This document shows positions 36,450 through 46,034 of a stretch of 64,000 nt of DNA, one piece after another. This DNA is from Bryobacterales bacterium (lineage in GTDB: Bacteria; Acidobacteriota; Terriglobia; Bryobacterales; Bryobacteraceae). The stretch covers positions 1,266,568-1,330,567 of the forward strand of contig CAVUZF010000005.1 of the NCBI GenBank assembly GCA_963745995.1, in the 5' to 3' direction. The notes under the pieces were generated by a model that was given only the letters and a program-made list of their open reading frames with translations, was not told the origin of the DNA and made no database searches. How positions within the stretch are numbered: the first letter of the stretch is position 1; each line of letters begins with the position of its first letter. A program made the position numbers and the translations under genes.

Positions 36450-36665
36450 GCGGGCTTTTCTTATTAAGACGACCTCACGGTCAATTCCCAAGACGAGTTG
36501 GCCGTGGCTGCCTCCGGGTCGCACAACCCCAGGCGCCAATCGAACGGGCGAATGCAATCACAAGATGCCGGGCTTGCCCTGCCCGGTGTTCCGCATGGTG
36601 AATGTGGAACCAGAGCGCGGCAAGCCATCCCCCCATGGCAACAGGGCCTGTGGAGATCGGGGGCT
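36450..36665. repeat. Copy 2 of the diverged repeat of about 215 nt
   Basis: See 35534-35747. It contains the perfect hairpin CCGGGC-TTGCCCT-GCCCGG. It also contains GGCTTGCC...GGCAAGCC and CCCCC...GGGGG pairings, which are preserved in copy 1 (one becomes a G-U pair). Confidence 0.6.
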
Positions 36666-36677
36666 ACGAGCGGGCAA

Positions 36678-36893
36678 TTAGAGGTCTTCCGGCTTCAGAC
36701 CGGTGTGCTTGGCCATACGGGCAAGCATTTTGGGGCCGATTTCTTCCGAGTCATGGAAAGCCCAGGTGAACCGGCCCTTTGTCGGGTGGATAAGCTGGAC
36801 GTGCGAAGAGCCGATATGCTCCTTAACAGACCATCCGCTACGGAGAAGGGCGCTGAAGACTTTGCCGGCTATTGTACTCGGCCAGTGACTCAA
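36678..36893 (-). CDS. hicA: HicA-family mRNA interferase toxin
   Basis: 71 aa. The pattern KVFSALLRSGWSVKEHIGSSHVQLIHPTKGRFTWAFHDSEEIGPKMLARMAKHTGL fits the YcfA/HicA pattern (GSH...HP...H...G). It overlaps hicB by 4 nt. Confidence 0.75.
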   Translation of the reverse strand: MSHWPSTIAGKVFSALLRSGWSVKEHIGSSHVQLIHPTKGRFTWAFHDSEEIGPKMLARMAKHTGLKPEDL

Positions 36894-37096
36894 GGGCAGC
36901 AGGCAATGGAGATGTCGATGGGGTTGTCCTGTTTTTCTTTCTCAACTTCGTCGGCAAGCACGCGCAGGGCAAGCGCCTTAACCTTGGCGATCGCCTCCTG
37001 TTTGCTCGTGCCGTAAGCGAGGACGCCCGGGAGTGTGCTGATTTCGGCGATCCAGCGCCCATCCTCTTCACGGTCCAGTTCAATCTCAAATTTCAC
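36890..37096 (-). CDS. hicB: HicB-family antitoxin (UPF0150 fold)
   Basis: 68 aa. MKFEIELDREEDGRWIAEISTLPGVLAYGTSKQEAIAKVKALALRVLAD is the typical HicB N-domain. Confidence 0.75.
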   Translation of the reverse strand: MKFEIELDREEDGRWIAEISTLPGVLAYGTSKQEAIAKVKALALRVLADEVEKEKQDNPIDISIACCP

Positions 37097-37501
37097 TCGG
37101 CTCTCTCCCCCTCGCTAATGTCATCGTAGAGCATCGAGCACGTCGGGTCAATCCTGAAATTCTATGTTGAAATATCAATGCGACGCTGCGCTCGGCCCTT
37201 ACTCCGGTGCAGTCCAAGGTAACGCTATTATATCAGCGCCATGGGCTATATCACCCCGCCACTCTTTGGCTCAACGCGCTCCATGGCCCAGTTGGACAGC
37301 CGCGCTGGCCCTTCGCTCCTTGTGTGCGGGCATGGGCGCGAGTATATTAGCGTGTCGGCCAGAGATTCAGCGAGGATGACCAACCCCACCTTGCACCTTT
37401 CGACGCTTAATGGACTCCTGCTTTAGCAGTGGCGAATCTCAGCACAACCGGAAAGAGTTTGCGTGGTCGCACGCGGGGATTAATAGATCGGAGAGTTAGG
37501 A

Positions 37502-39241
37502 ATGAAAATCTTGTACCAAGCTGCCACGTTAGGGTTCCTGATGGCAGCTTGTCTCGCGCCTGGCTCCGGCGGTTCGGGGCCAGCGCCTTCGAAGAAAACG
37601 GACGACGTCCTGCTCTCCACGATGGAACGAGAGCTCCAGCGGGCGCATGGCCAACTAGGGAAGCTGGATCCGCCTGCTTACTTCATGAGTTATTCGGTTC
37701 ATGATCAAAGCGAGGCCGTGGCCATTGGCAGCCAAGGCAGCCTCCTGAATTCTATGCATACACGCACCCGGACCGCCGACGTGGTAATACGGGTTGGCAG
37801 CCCCGCCCTGGACAACAGTCATGAAACGAATCGTTCTTCGGCCATCAGTTCCGGGGAGCTTCCCCTCGACAATGACGCGGATGCCGTGGCTCGCGAGCTG
37901 TGGCAGTTGACCTACGGCGAATATCGCAAGGCGTCGAAAGCGTATCTGAATGTGAAGACCTCAACCGAGGTCAACGCGAAAGAAGAAGACACGTCTCCGG
38001 ATTTTTCCACTGAATCCCCTCAGGTCCATGCGGATTACCGCGAGCTGCCGGCCTTTCCAGACCAGGCGCGATTGGAACAAATGGTGCGCAAGTATTCGGA
38101 ACCCTTCAGCAAGTACCCGTACATTTATCGTTCCGCAGTTTTGTTGACGGTGGAGAACGTCCGTCGGCACTTTGTTTCCAGCGAGGGCAGCCGCGAAGTG
38201 CTTCCGTCAACCCTGGTGAGACTGGTGATTCAGGCCGAAAGCCAGGCGGATGACGGGATGGAGTTGCTGCGGGTGGAAACCTTTCAAGCGGAGACCCTCG
38301 AGCACCTGCCGGGGGAAGCAGAGATTGCCGTACGGGTGGAGAAGATGGCCTCGGACCTCAAGGCTTTACGCGTGGCGCCACTCGCGGAACCTTATGATGG
38401 CCCTGCCCTGCTCTCCGGTCGAGCCGCCGCCGTGTTCTTTCACGAGGTGTTGGGACACCGATTGGAAGGCCACCGGCAACGTGGGGAGGAAGAAGGGCAG
38501 ACTTTTACGAAGAAGGTGAATACGCAAGTGCTGCCGGAATTCTTGAGCGTGGTTGACGACCCGACGATGCGCAGCTTAAACGGCTACGAACTGGGTGGTT
38601 GGTATACCTATGACGATGAGGGAATGCCGGCCACTGCGGTCAACGTCATCACCAACGGCATTCTGAAGAATTTTCTGATGTCCCGCCTTCCCATCAAGGG
38701 ATTCAACGTGTCGAATGGACACGGGCGAGCGCAAGCGAGGTTAATGCCCAACGGCCGGCAAGGGAACCTGATCGTAACTTCGACTCATACAGTGAAGGAC
38801 GCCGAACTTCGCCAGAGACTCATCGACGAGGTCAAGAGGCAAAGCAAACCTTACGGCCTCTATTTCGAGGATATTCAAGGCGGGTTCACGCTTACGCAGA
38901 GCGCCGCGCCGCAGGTCTTCCAGGTCCTGCCCGTCCTGGTGTGGCGGGTCTATCCGGATGGCCGCCCGGACGAACTGGTGCGCGGAGTTGATATCGTGGG
39001 CACGCCGCTGGCGGCGCTGAACCGCATCCTGGTGACGGGCGACACGACGGACATCTTCAATGGGGTCTGTGGCGCAGAATCAGGAAGCGTTCCGGTTTCC
39101 GCCGCCGCACCCGCCATGCTGTTCTCCGAAATCGAAGTGCAGAAGCGCCAACACTCCTTGAACCGGCCACCCATCCTGCCGCCCCCGGGTTTCGAAGGCA
39201 GCGATGCGGCGTCCCCGGCGAATAAGGGAGGCACGCGATGA
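37502..39241 (+). CDS. TldD-family metalloprotease with lipoprotein-type signal
   Basis: 579 aa with RBS GGAGAG. The N-terminus reads MKILYQAATLGFLMAAC (Cys after a hydrophobic segment). The metal motif FFHEVLGHRLEGHRQ is of the TldD HExxxH type. The C-terminal GxC motif reads FNGVCGAESGSVPVS. Confidence 0.8.
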   Translation: MKILYQAATLGFLMAACLAPGSGGSGPAPSKKTDDVLLSTMERELQRAHGQLGKLDPPAYFMSYSVHDQSEAVAIGSQGSLLNSMHTRTRTADVVIRVGSPALDNSHETNRSSAISSGELPLDNDADAVARELWQLTYGEYRKASKAYLNVKTSTEVNAKEEDTSPDFSTESPQVHADYRELPAFPDQARLEQMVRKYSEPFSKYPYIYRSAVLLTVENVRRHFVSSEGSREVLPSTLVRLVIQAESQADDGMELLRVETFQAETLEHLPGEAEIAVRVEKMASDLKALRVAPLAEPYDGPALLSGRAAAVFFHEVLGHRLEGHRQRGEEEGQTFTKKVNTQVLPEFLSVVDDPTMRSLNGYELGGWYTYDDEGMPATAVNVITNGILKNFLMSRLPIKGFNVSNGHGRAQARLMPNGRQGNLIVTSTHTVKDAELRQRLIDEVKRQSKPYGLYFEDIQGGFTLTQSAAPQVFQVLPVLVWRVYPDGRPDELVRGVDIVGTPLAALNRILVTGDTTDIFNGVCGAESGSVPVSAAAPAMLFSEIEVQKRQHSLNRPPILPPPGFEGSDAASPANKGGTR

Positions 39242-40898
39242 GCCTGAAACTGTCGAAGTTGACCTCCGCGTTCATGCTAGTGCTGGTTGTGCTGGTTTCA
39301 GCCCAGGGTGATCCGCCCCAGCCCTGCCGCCACTCCCGAGGATCCCGTGCTGCGGGCGATGAAGATCGAACTTGAGCGCTCCAAGTCGCAACTCAAGCTG
39401 GAGCAAATGGCGGCGCCTTACTATATCGACTATCAGGTTGTGGATATGGATCAGCGCACGGCGGAAGCGGCTTATGGCGCCCTACGATCGGATCTGCACC
39501 TGCGGCTGCGGTTTCTGCGGGTGGTGGTGCGGGTGGGCGACTACAAGCAAGACAGCTATTTTCGGACAGGGAGAGGGGACGATGGATCTCGCTCCCCTGG
39601 GTGACGATGAGATCGCTCTGCGTCATCAGCTCTGGCTGGCCACCGACCGGGCTTACAAGGCCGCCACAGAATCCCTGGCGGCCAAGCAAGCGCAACTCAA
39701 GCAATTGACCATCGACCAGCCGGTGGACGATTTCGCGCACGCTGATCCCGTGCAACACCTGGAGCCACTGGCCAAGCTCGATGGCGATGCTGCCGCCTGG
39801 CTGAAAAACATCGAGGATGCGACGGCGCTCTACAAAACCGATCCGGATGTCCAGTCCATGACTTCATCCATCGAATTTCAGGCCGTGAACCGATATTTCG
39901 TCAACTCCGAAGGCAGCATGGTCCGTGCGGGTGAAACGACCTATCAGGCGCGTTTGGAGGCAAGTGCCCAGGCAGCCGATGGGATGCGGCTGGAGCAGTC
40001 CGCCGGGTACGTAGTAAGAGACTTGATGGATCTCCCTACGCCTGAAAAGTTCCTGGCCCGTGGCGGTGAGATGATCAGCAAACTAAAGGATTTGCGCGCG
40101 GCGCCGCTGGCCGAGGAAGAGTTCAGGGGCCCGGTGCTTTTCTCCAGCCACGCTGCGTCCACGGTGTTCGCGGACTTGGTGGGAGAGAATATTCGCGGCC
40201 GCAGGCCAAACCTGGGGCAACCGGCACGCACCAAGGGCGCGTTCGCGTCCAACTACAAGAGCCGGGTGCTTCCCGATTTCCTCTCCGTCGCGGACGATCC
40301 CGCGCCTGCGTCATATGACGGAAAGCCCCTTCTTGGCCACTATGAAGTCGATGACGAGGGTGTAAAAGCCCTGAGGGTGCTCGCGATCGACAAGGGAAAT
40401 CTGGCGAACTACCTGTTGGGCCGGCAGCCCATCCGCGACTTCCCTAACTCCAACGGCCATGGCCGGTCCCGATTGCCTGTAGGCCCGCCGGAGCCCAACG
40501 TGGGAAGCCTGTTCATTACTTCCTCCGAGAGTGTAGCCCGGGCGGACTTGAAGAAGAAACTCATCGGCCTTTGCCAGCAGCGCGGGCAGCCGTATGGATA
40601 CTACGTGGATGTCCTATCGAACCTGCGCGGTCCCCAGTTTCTATACAGAGTTTGGGCCAAAGATGGGCATGAGGAACTCATCCGAGGCGCGGTTTTCGCG
40701 GACCTCGACGTCCGCTCGCTGCGCAATGACCTGGTTGCAGCGGGTGATGATATGACCGCCTGGAACTGGACCCAGAGTGTTCCGCACAGTGTGGTGAGTC
40801 CGTCTATACTGTTTGACGAGTTGGAGGTGAAGCGCGTGGATCAGAATAAATCCAAGCTTCCCGAATATCCTCCACCACCCCTCACCTCGGCGCCGTGA
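39238..40898 (+). pseudogene. PmbA/TldE-family protease partner with signal peptide, two frameshifts
   Basis: The ATG overlaps the TldD stop (ATGA). The signal peptide MSLKLSKLTSAFMLVLVVLVSAQG is followed by a frame change at about 39305-39335 into ...PEDPVLRAMKIELERSK..., and a second change at about 39563 into GQGEGTMDLAPLGDDEIALRHQLWLATDRAYKAA... A long TldD/PmbA-like body runs to 40898. Confidence 0.7.
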
Positions 40899-40964
40899 GC
40901 ACGTCATCGAAGGGCCGGGGCGACGCCCGCCCGACGATAGAGAAGCCACCGAGGAGCCAATGTC

Positions 40965-42071
40965 ATGCCGAACCTGTTCGATCCGCTTACGATCCGAGAC
41001 GTGACGCTTTCCAATCGTATCGTTGTTTCACCGATGTGTGAGTATTCCAGCATCAATGGATTCGCGAACGACTGGCATCTGGTTCACCTGGGGAGCCGAG
41101 CCGTAGGGGGCGCAGGATTAGTGATGACGGAAGCCGCAGCCGTCACTGCGGAAGGGCGGATCAGTCCGGAGGATCTGGGCATTTGGAACGACGATCACAT
41201 TGAGTTTCTCGCCCGTATTACCCGCTTCATCCACTCCCAGGGCAGCGTGGCCGGTGTGCAATTGGCGCATGCCGGGCGTAAGGCCAGCACCTATCGCCCC
41301 TGGGACGGGAACGGCGCCGTGCCCGAAAAGTCGGGTGGTTGGAAGAACGTTGTTGCGCCCAGCGCGATTCCCTTCGCCGAGAACTTTGTGGGGCCGCAGG
41401 CCCTAACCCCGGAAGGAATTCAGGCTGTTGTCCGGGCATTCGCGGAATCCGCTATGCGCGCCCGCGAAGCGGGGTTTCGCGTGATTGAGATTCACGCTGC
41501 CCACGGCTATCTGATTTCGGAATTCCTTTCGCCGCTGGCCAATCACCGTACCGATGAGTATGGTGGTTCATTTGAAAACCGCACCCGCTTGCTGCTCGAA
41601 GTGGTTTCCGCGATTCGGGGAGCGTGGCCCGACCGCGCGCCTTTATTCGTGCGCATTTCTGCCACCGATTGGGCGGAAGGCGGATGGACCCTCGATGAAT
41701 CCGTGGAACTTGCCAAGCGCCTCGAAGATTCACGTGTGGACCTGGTGGATTGTTCCTCCGGCGGAAATGTGCCGCCCAATCAAATCCCCGTCGGCCCGGG
41801 GTATCAAACACCGTTTGCGGAAAGAATTCGCCGCGAAGCGAAAATCCTGACGGGCGCGGTGGGAATGATCACAGCTCCAGCACAGGCGGACCACATCATC
41901 CGCACTGGCCAAGCGGATCTGGTCATTATCGCGCGCGAGTTCTTGCGTGATCCCTACTGGCCTTTGCGAGCAGGTCGCGACTTGGGATATTCCGTCCCAT
42001 GGCCCGTGCAGTATTTGCGAGCCGCTCCCCATGGCACGACGGCGCGTGCGCCGAAACATAATCCGATTTGA
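40965..42071 (+). CDS. NADH:flavin oxidoreductase, Old Yellow Enzyme family (YqjM/NamA type)
   Basis: 368 aa. Contains LSNRIVVSPMCEYS, WHLVHLGSRAVGGAGLVMTEAAAV, GVQLAHAGRKAS, IEIHAAHGYLISEFLSPL.N.RTDEYGGS and FVRISATDW. Confidence 0.85.
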   Translation: MPNLFDPLTIRDVTLSNRIVVSPMCEYSSINGFANDWHLVHLGSRAVGGAGLVMTEAAAVTAEGRISPEDLGIWNDDHIEFLARITRFIHSQGSVAGVQLAHAGRKASTYRPWDGNGAVPEKSGGWKNVVAPSAIPFAENFVGPQALTPEGIQAVVRAFAESAMRAREAGFRVIEIHAAHGYLISEFLSPLANHRTDEYGGSFENRTRLLLEVVSAIRGAWPDRAPLFVRISATDWAEGGWTLDESVELAKRLEDSRVDLVDCSSGGNVPPNQIPVGPGYQTPFAERIRREAKILTGAVGMITAPAQADHIIRTGQADLVIIAREFLRDPYWPLRAGRDLGYSVPWPVQYLRAAPHGTTARAPKHNPI

Positions 42072-42104
42072 GAGGACTTCTCGGATGGCCAGATTTCCAA
42101 TCGG

Positions 42105-43298
42105 TCACGGGCAGTTCGCCTGGGCAATGGCCGTCGCGCTCCAGGAGGCGGAGGTGGCGCCCCTTGCGCCACCTACCACTGAGTTTCGAAACTTCTCCGG
42201 GGTGCCAGCAGGGTCGTCGTTGTTGTGGAGGCACGCGCTTTGGTGCGAGGGCTTAACTCCCAACGAATTGTAGTCTGTGCTGAAGGACGAGAAGACCGTC
42301 GCATTCCACCTCCATTGGATGGAGACGCCCGGGGCATTGCTTGCGAATGACTCGCTCCAATTAACCAGGTTTAAGCCACCTTGCAAACCTGACGCCGGGA
42401 CAGGGAAGGAGACACCCGAAAGGAAAATCTCGTTAGTTCCGCTGACGGGAACCGTAGTCTGCCAGGTGTTGGTTCCCGGGTCAAAACTTGTCGAGGCGCA
42501 ACTGACTGAGGATGAGAAAGTGATGACGGCATTGGGGACATGAAGGATGTAGGTATTGCCGTTGGCTGGGAATTGAATGAACGCGCCCTGAAACTGAAGG
42601 ACCGTTCCATCGTGTATTCCGGTGGCGCTGAAATTGGCGTTAAACCAGATCGAACCACCGGGCGCCGGCGTGCCGTTAACAGTAGAGAGAATCATGCTCG
42701 CGGCCCGGCACGGTGAGGCAGGAGTCAGGGATGACAGATTGCCTATTCCTCCACTGATCGATCCCGTTGTGCCAACCAAGGTTGATAGGTTGTTTTTCCC
42801 TATGGCCAAAGTCAAATTCAGGCTTCCCGGGCCCGAAGCAAAGTCCGGGCCGAAAGAGCCCCCCGTGACCTCCAGCGTCCCCGTGAGATAGGCTGCAATG
42901 GAGCCCTGATTTTGCAGAATGGAAGTGAAATGCGCCAGCCCTACCAGGGTTCCATCCGAGGCTGTGTAGCTGAACGAGATTGTAGATGATTGGTCAACGT
43001 TAAAGAGTCCAACCCCCGAGGTCGCGACCAGCTTAAAGGGTCTCGCGGTGGTAGACGAAAACTTGTACATCCCCACCGGCCTGAACTCAGCCGTCCTTGT
43101 GGCGGTTCCTTCCAACGTGCAGCCACTGCTGTTGCAGTTCTGCCATGCGACATTGATGATCTGGGTGCCGGTTCCCTGAAAGGTCATCTCACCCTTCGAA
43201 CTACCCATGCCGATGACGTCCTGGGCGAAAACAGTGGGCCCGGCCACGGACACTATCAATAGGATTAAGAGGAAGACAAACTTCGTCTGCTGCGTCAT
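42105..43298 (-). CDS. Exported hypothetical protein (Ser/Thr/Gly/Asn-rich)
   Basis: 397 aa with RBS GGGAGA and a clear signal peptide MTQQTKFVFLLILLIVSVAGPTVFAQ. I could recognise no family. Confidence 0.55.
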   Translation of the reverse strand: MTQQTKFVFLLILLIVSVAGPTVFAQDVIGMGSSKGEMTFQGTGTQIINVAWQNCNSSGCTLEGTATRTAEFRPVGMYKFSSTTARPFKLVATSGVGLFNVDQSSTISFSYTASDGTLVGLAHFTSILQNQGSIAAYLTGTLEVTGGSFGPDFASGPGSLNLTLAIGKNNLSTLVGTTGSISGGIGNLSSLTPASPCRAASMILSTVNGTPAPGGSIWFNANFSATGIHDGTVLQFQGAFIQFPANGNTYILHVPNAVITFSSSVSCASTSFDPGTNTWQTTVPVSGTNEIFLSGVSFPVPASGLQGGLNLVNWSESFASNAPGVSIQWRWNATVFSSFSTDYNSLGVKPSHQSACLHNNDDPAGTPEKFRNSVVGGARGATSASWSATAIAQANCP

Positions 43299-43573
43299 GG
43301 CTCATCTCCCAATTGCATAATATCCGGGATTCCATTGCGATGGAAGAGGCTGCGGTCAACGTAATCCCGGCCCGGTCCCAGGCCTGGCCAACGATTCAGA
43401 AGCGATATCGTATGGGGTCCAGCCCAGGCGAGCCTGCCATGAGCGTTAACGCAAGGGTCCCCGCCCCAAAGCCCGTGAAACCGGCGCTGTCATTTAGCCC
43501 ACGGCAAGCCAGCCGTGGGATAGAACGCGAGAGGCAAGATTGATTTGCCCCTTCCTGGGGCTAAGGGTGGCGC

Positions 43574-45913
43574 TTAGCGGCCCTTCCATTTCGCCGCCAG
43601 CAGCGCGACTTGCTCTTCAAATGTGAGTTCGGGTTTTGGCTGTGGTTTCGGTTTCGATTGAGGCTTCGGTTTCGGCTGTGGTTTCGATTGCAGTTTCGTT
43701 TGTGTTTTCGGCTGCGCTTTTGGCTGCGGTTTGGGCGGTCGCTTGGCCGGAGGTTCGTGCAGGGCCTTGATGGATAGGGCGATGCGCTTGGTTTTGGGGT
43801 CGGCGCTCAAAACCTTCACCTTGACGATTTGCCCCGCCTTCACCACATCCGATGCGTCCTTGATATAGCGGTTGGAAAGCTCACTGATGTGGACCAGGCC
43901 GTCCTGATGAACGCCGACGTCCACGAAGGCGCCGAACTTGGTGACGTTGGTCACCACCCCTTCCAGCACCATGCCGGGCTGCACGTCCGTGAGTTCGCGC
44001 ACCTGCTCGTTGAAGCTGGGCGCCACGAATTTGTCGCGCGGGTCGCGCCCCGGTTTGCGTAACTCCTCCAGAATATCGTTCAGAGTATAGGTTCCGGCCG
44101 AAACGCGGTTGCGGTCCACCTTTTCCAAGAGCGCCGGGTTCTTAATCAATTCTTCAATGGGAACGCCCAGCGATTGAGCGATCTGTTCCACGATTTGGTA
44201 GGACTCGGGGTGGACAGCGGTCATATCGAGCAGATTCTCGCCATTGCGGATGCGCAGGAACCCGGCAGCCTGCTCGAACGTCTTGGGCCCGATGCCCGGC
44301 ACCTTCCGCAATTGTGCGCGCGAACGGAAGCTGCCGTTCTCATTCCGAAAGTTGACGATGTTGAGGGCGGTCCGTTCCGTGACGCCGGCGACATAGCGCA
44401 ACAGCGTCCACGAGGAAGTGTTCAGATCAACGCCTACCCGGTTGACGCAGCTTTCGATCACGCTTTCGAGCGACGCCTGAAGCTGGCGCTGGTCAACGTC
44501 GTGCTGATATTGGCCGACCCCGATCGACTTGGGATCAACCTTGACCAGCTCGGAGAGCGGGTCCTGCAAGCGGCGGGCGATGGAAATGGCTCCGCGCACG
44601 GTGAGATCGAGATCGGGAAATTCCTGCCGCGCCACCTCCGAGGCGGAGTAGACGCTGGCGCCGGATTCGCTGACCGTCACGGAAAAAATGTTATCGAGTT
44701 TCCTCTCCCGCAGGAACTCGCGCACGAAAGCGTCCGTCTCGCGGGAGGCCGTGCCGTTGCCGATGGCGATGGCGCGCACGTTGTGCCGCTGCAACAACGA
44801 TTCGAGCGCCCGGGCGGCGGTTTCCGCCTCGCCCTGGGAACGATGCAGGTAGATGACGTCGTGGGCAAGAAATTTGCCGGTCTCGTCAATCACCGCAATT
44901 TTGCAGCCGGTGCGCATGCCGGGATCGATTCCCAACACGGAAATGGGGCCCGCCGGCGGCGCCAGCAGCAGGTTATGCAGATTGTCACGGAACACCTGAA
45001 TCGCTTCCCCATCGGAACGCTGTTTCGCCTCCAGGCGGATTTCACCCTGAATGGAAGAGTCCAGCAGCCGCTTCCACGAGTCCTCAATGGCGAGTTCAAG
45101 CTGCGGCGTCCAATCGCCTTGGGCGCGCAGAATGCGGGCTTTCAGCATGGAACTGACATGTAAGGGATCCAGCTCAATGAGGAAGTGGAGCACGCCTTCG
45201 CTTTCGCCGCGCCGAATGGCCAACATGCGGTGCGAAGGAATGGCCTTCACCGGCTCACGGTACTCGTAATACATCTTGAACTTCTCTTGCTCGTCCGCGG
45301 CATCGGGCACTTTGGTGCTCACCACCACGCCCTCATCCAACATCATCTGCCGCAGAGCTTTGCGCAGGTCGGCATCCTCGCTGATCATCTCAGCAACGAT
45401 GTGGCGCGCGCCCTCCAGCGCCTCTTCCACACTGTTCACGCCTTTTTCCGCATTTACAAAACTGCCGGCGAGAGTTTCCAGCGGTTCGGCGGCGGGCTGC
45501 TGCGCCCACAAATAAAGGGCAAGCGGCTCCAGCCCCTTCTCTCGCGCCACGGTGGCTTTGGTGCGTCGCTTCGGCCGGTAGGGTAAGTACAGGTCCTCCA
45601 ACTCGCTTTTGTCGAAGGTGGCTTCGATACGCGCTTTGAGTTCGTCGGTGAGCTTGCCCTGCTCGGCGATGGAAGCAAGAATCGTCTCCCGGCGCGCCAC
45701 CAGTTCGCGGAAGTATTCCAGCTTTTCTTCGATGCCACGGATTTTGACCTCATCAAGATTTCCGGTGGCCTCCTTGCGATAGCGCGCGATGAACGGCACT
45801 GTGCCGCCATCGTCCAGCAGTTCGATGACTGCCACCAGACCGTGCATGGGAATTTCGAGTACTTTGGCGATGTGAAGCAATAAATCGGTGGAGAGAATTC
45901 TTTGGTCAATCAT
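43574..45913 (-). CDS. tex: Tex-family transcription accessory protein (YqgF/RuvX-like, HhH and S1 domains) with a Lys/Pro-rich C-terminal tail
   Basis: 779 aa. Contains VPFIARYRKEATGNLDE, GIDPGMRTGCKIAVIDETGK, IAIGNGTASRET, GVGQYQHDV and S1 domain GMVLEGVVTNVTKFGAFVDVGVHQDGLVHISEL. The tail is PKPQPKAQPKTQTKLQSKPQPKPKPQSKPKPQPKP. Confidence 0.9.
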   Translation of the reverse strand: MIDQRILSTDLLLHIAKVLEIPMHGLVAVIELLDDGGTVPFIARYRKEATGNLDEVKIRGIEEKLEYFRELVARRETILASIAEQGKLTDELKARIEATFDKSELEDLYLPYRPKRRTKATVAREKGLEPLALYLWAQQPAAEPLETLAGSFVNAEKGVNSVEEALEGARHIVAEMISEDADLRKALRQMMLDEGVVVSTKVPDAADEQEKFKMYYEYREPVKAIPSHRMLAIRRGESEGVLHFLIELDPLHVSSMLKARILRAQGDWTPQLELAIEDSWKRLLDSSIQGEIRLEAKQRSDGEAIQVFRDNLHNLLLAPPAGPISVLGIDPGMRTGCKIAVIDETGKFLAHDVIYLHRSQGEAETAARALESLLQRHNVRAIAIGNGTASRETDAFVREFLRERKLDNIFSVTVSESGASVYSASEVARQEFPDLDLTVRGAISIARRLQDPLSELVKVDPKSIGVGQYQHDVDQRQLQASLESVIESCVNRVGVDLNTSSWTLLRYVAGVTERTALNIVNFRNENGSFRSRAQLRKVPGIGPKTFEQAAGFLRIRNGENLLDMTAVHPESYQIVEQIAQSLGVPIEELIKNPALLEKVDRNRVSAGTYTLNDILEELRKPGRDPRDKFVAPSFNEQVRELTDVQPGMVLEGVVTNVTKFGAFVDVGVHQDGLVHISELSNRYIKDASDVVKAGQIVKVKVLSADPKTKRIALSIKALHEPPAKRPPKPQPKAQPKTQTKLQSKPQPKPKPQSKPKPQPKPELTFEEQVALLAAKWKGR

Positions 45914-46034
45914 GATGGAAAAAAGAGGTCCTTGGCTCCGCTAGCTACCGCAAAGAGCTGAAGAAGTATACCTCGACTCCCGGTTCATGTCCTATAATCA
46001 ACATTCAAAATTTGATGGCTACAGGAGAAAAAGC

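Noticed and set aside
35534-36665. Calling the 215-nt repeats integron attC sites (a CALIN array)
   Set aside because: Cassette-like organisation is suggestive. However, I found no GTTRRRY/RYYYAAC core pair, no symmetric R/L box structure and no intI. The idea is kept only as one hypothesis to test.
37163-37185. A possible tenth, degenerate copy of the ATGTTGATGAAAA repeat (ATGTTGAAATATCAATG), and another at 50901-50925
   Set aside because: The similarity is limited to a few AT-rich bases and is indistinguishable from chance.
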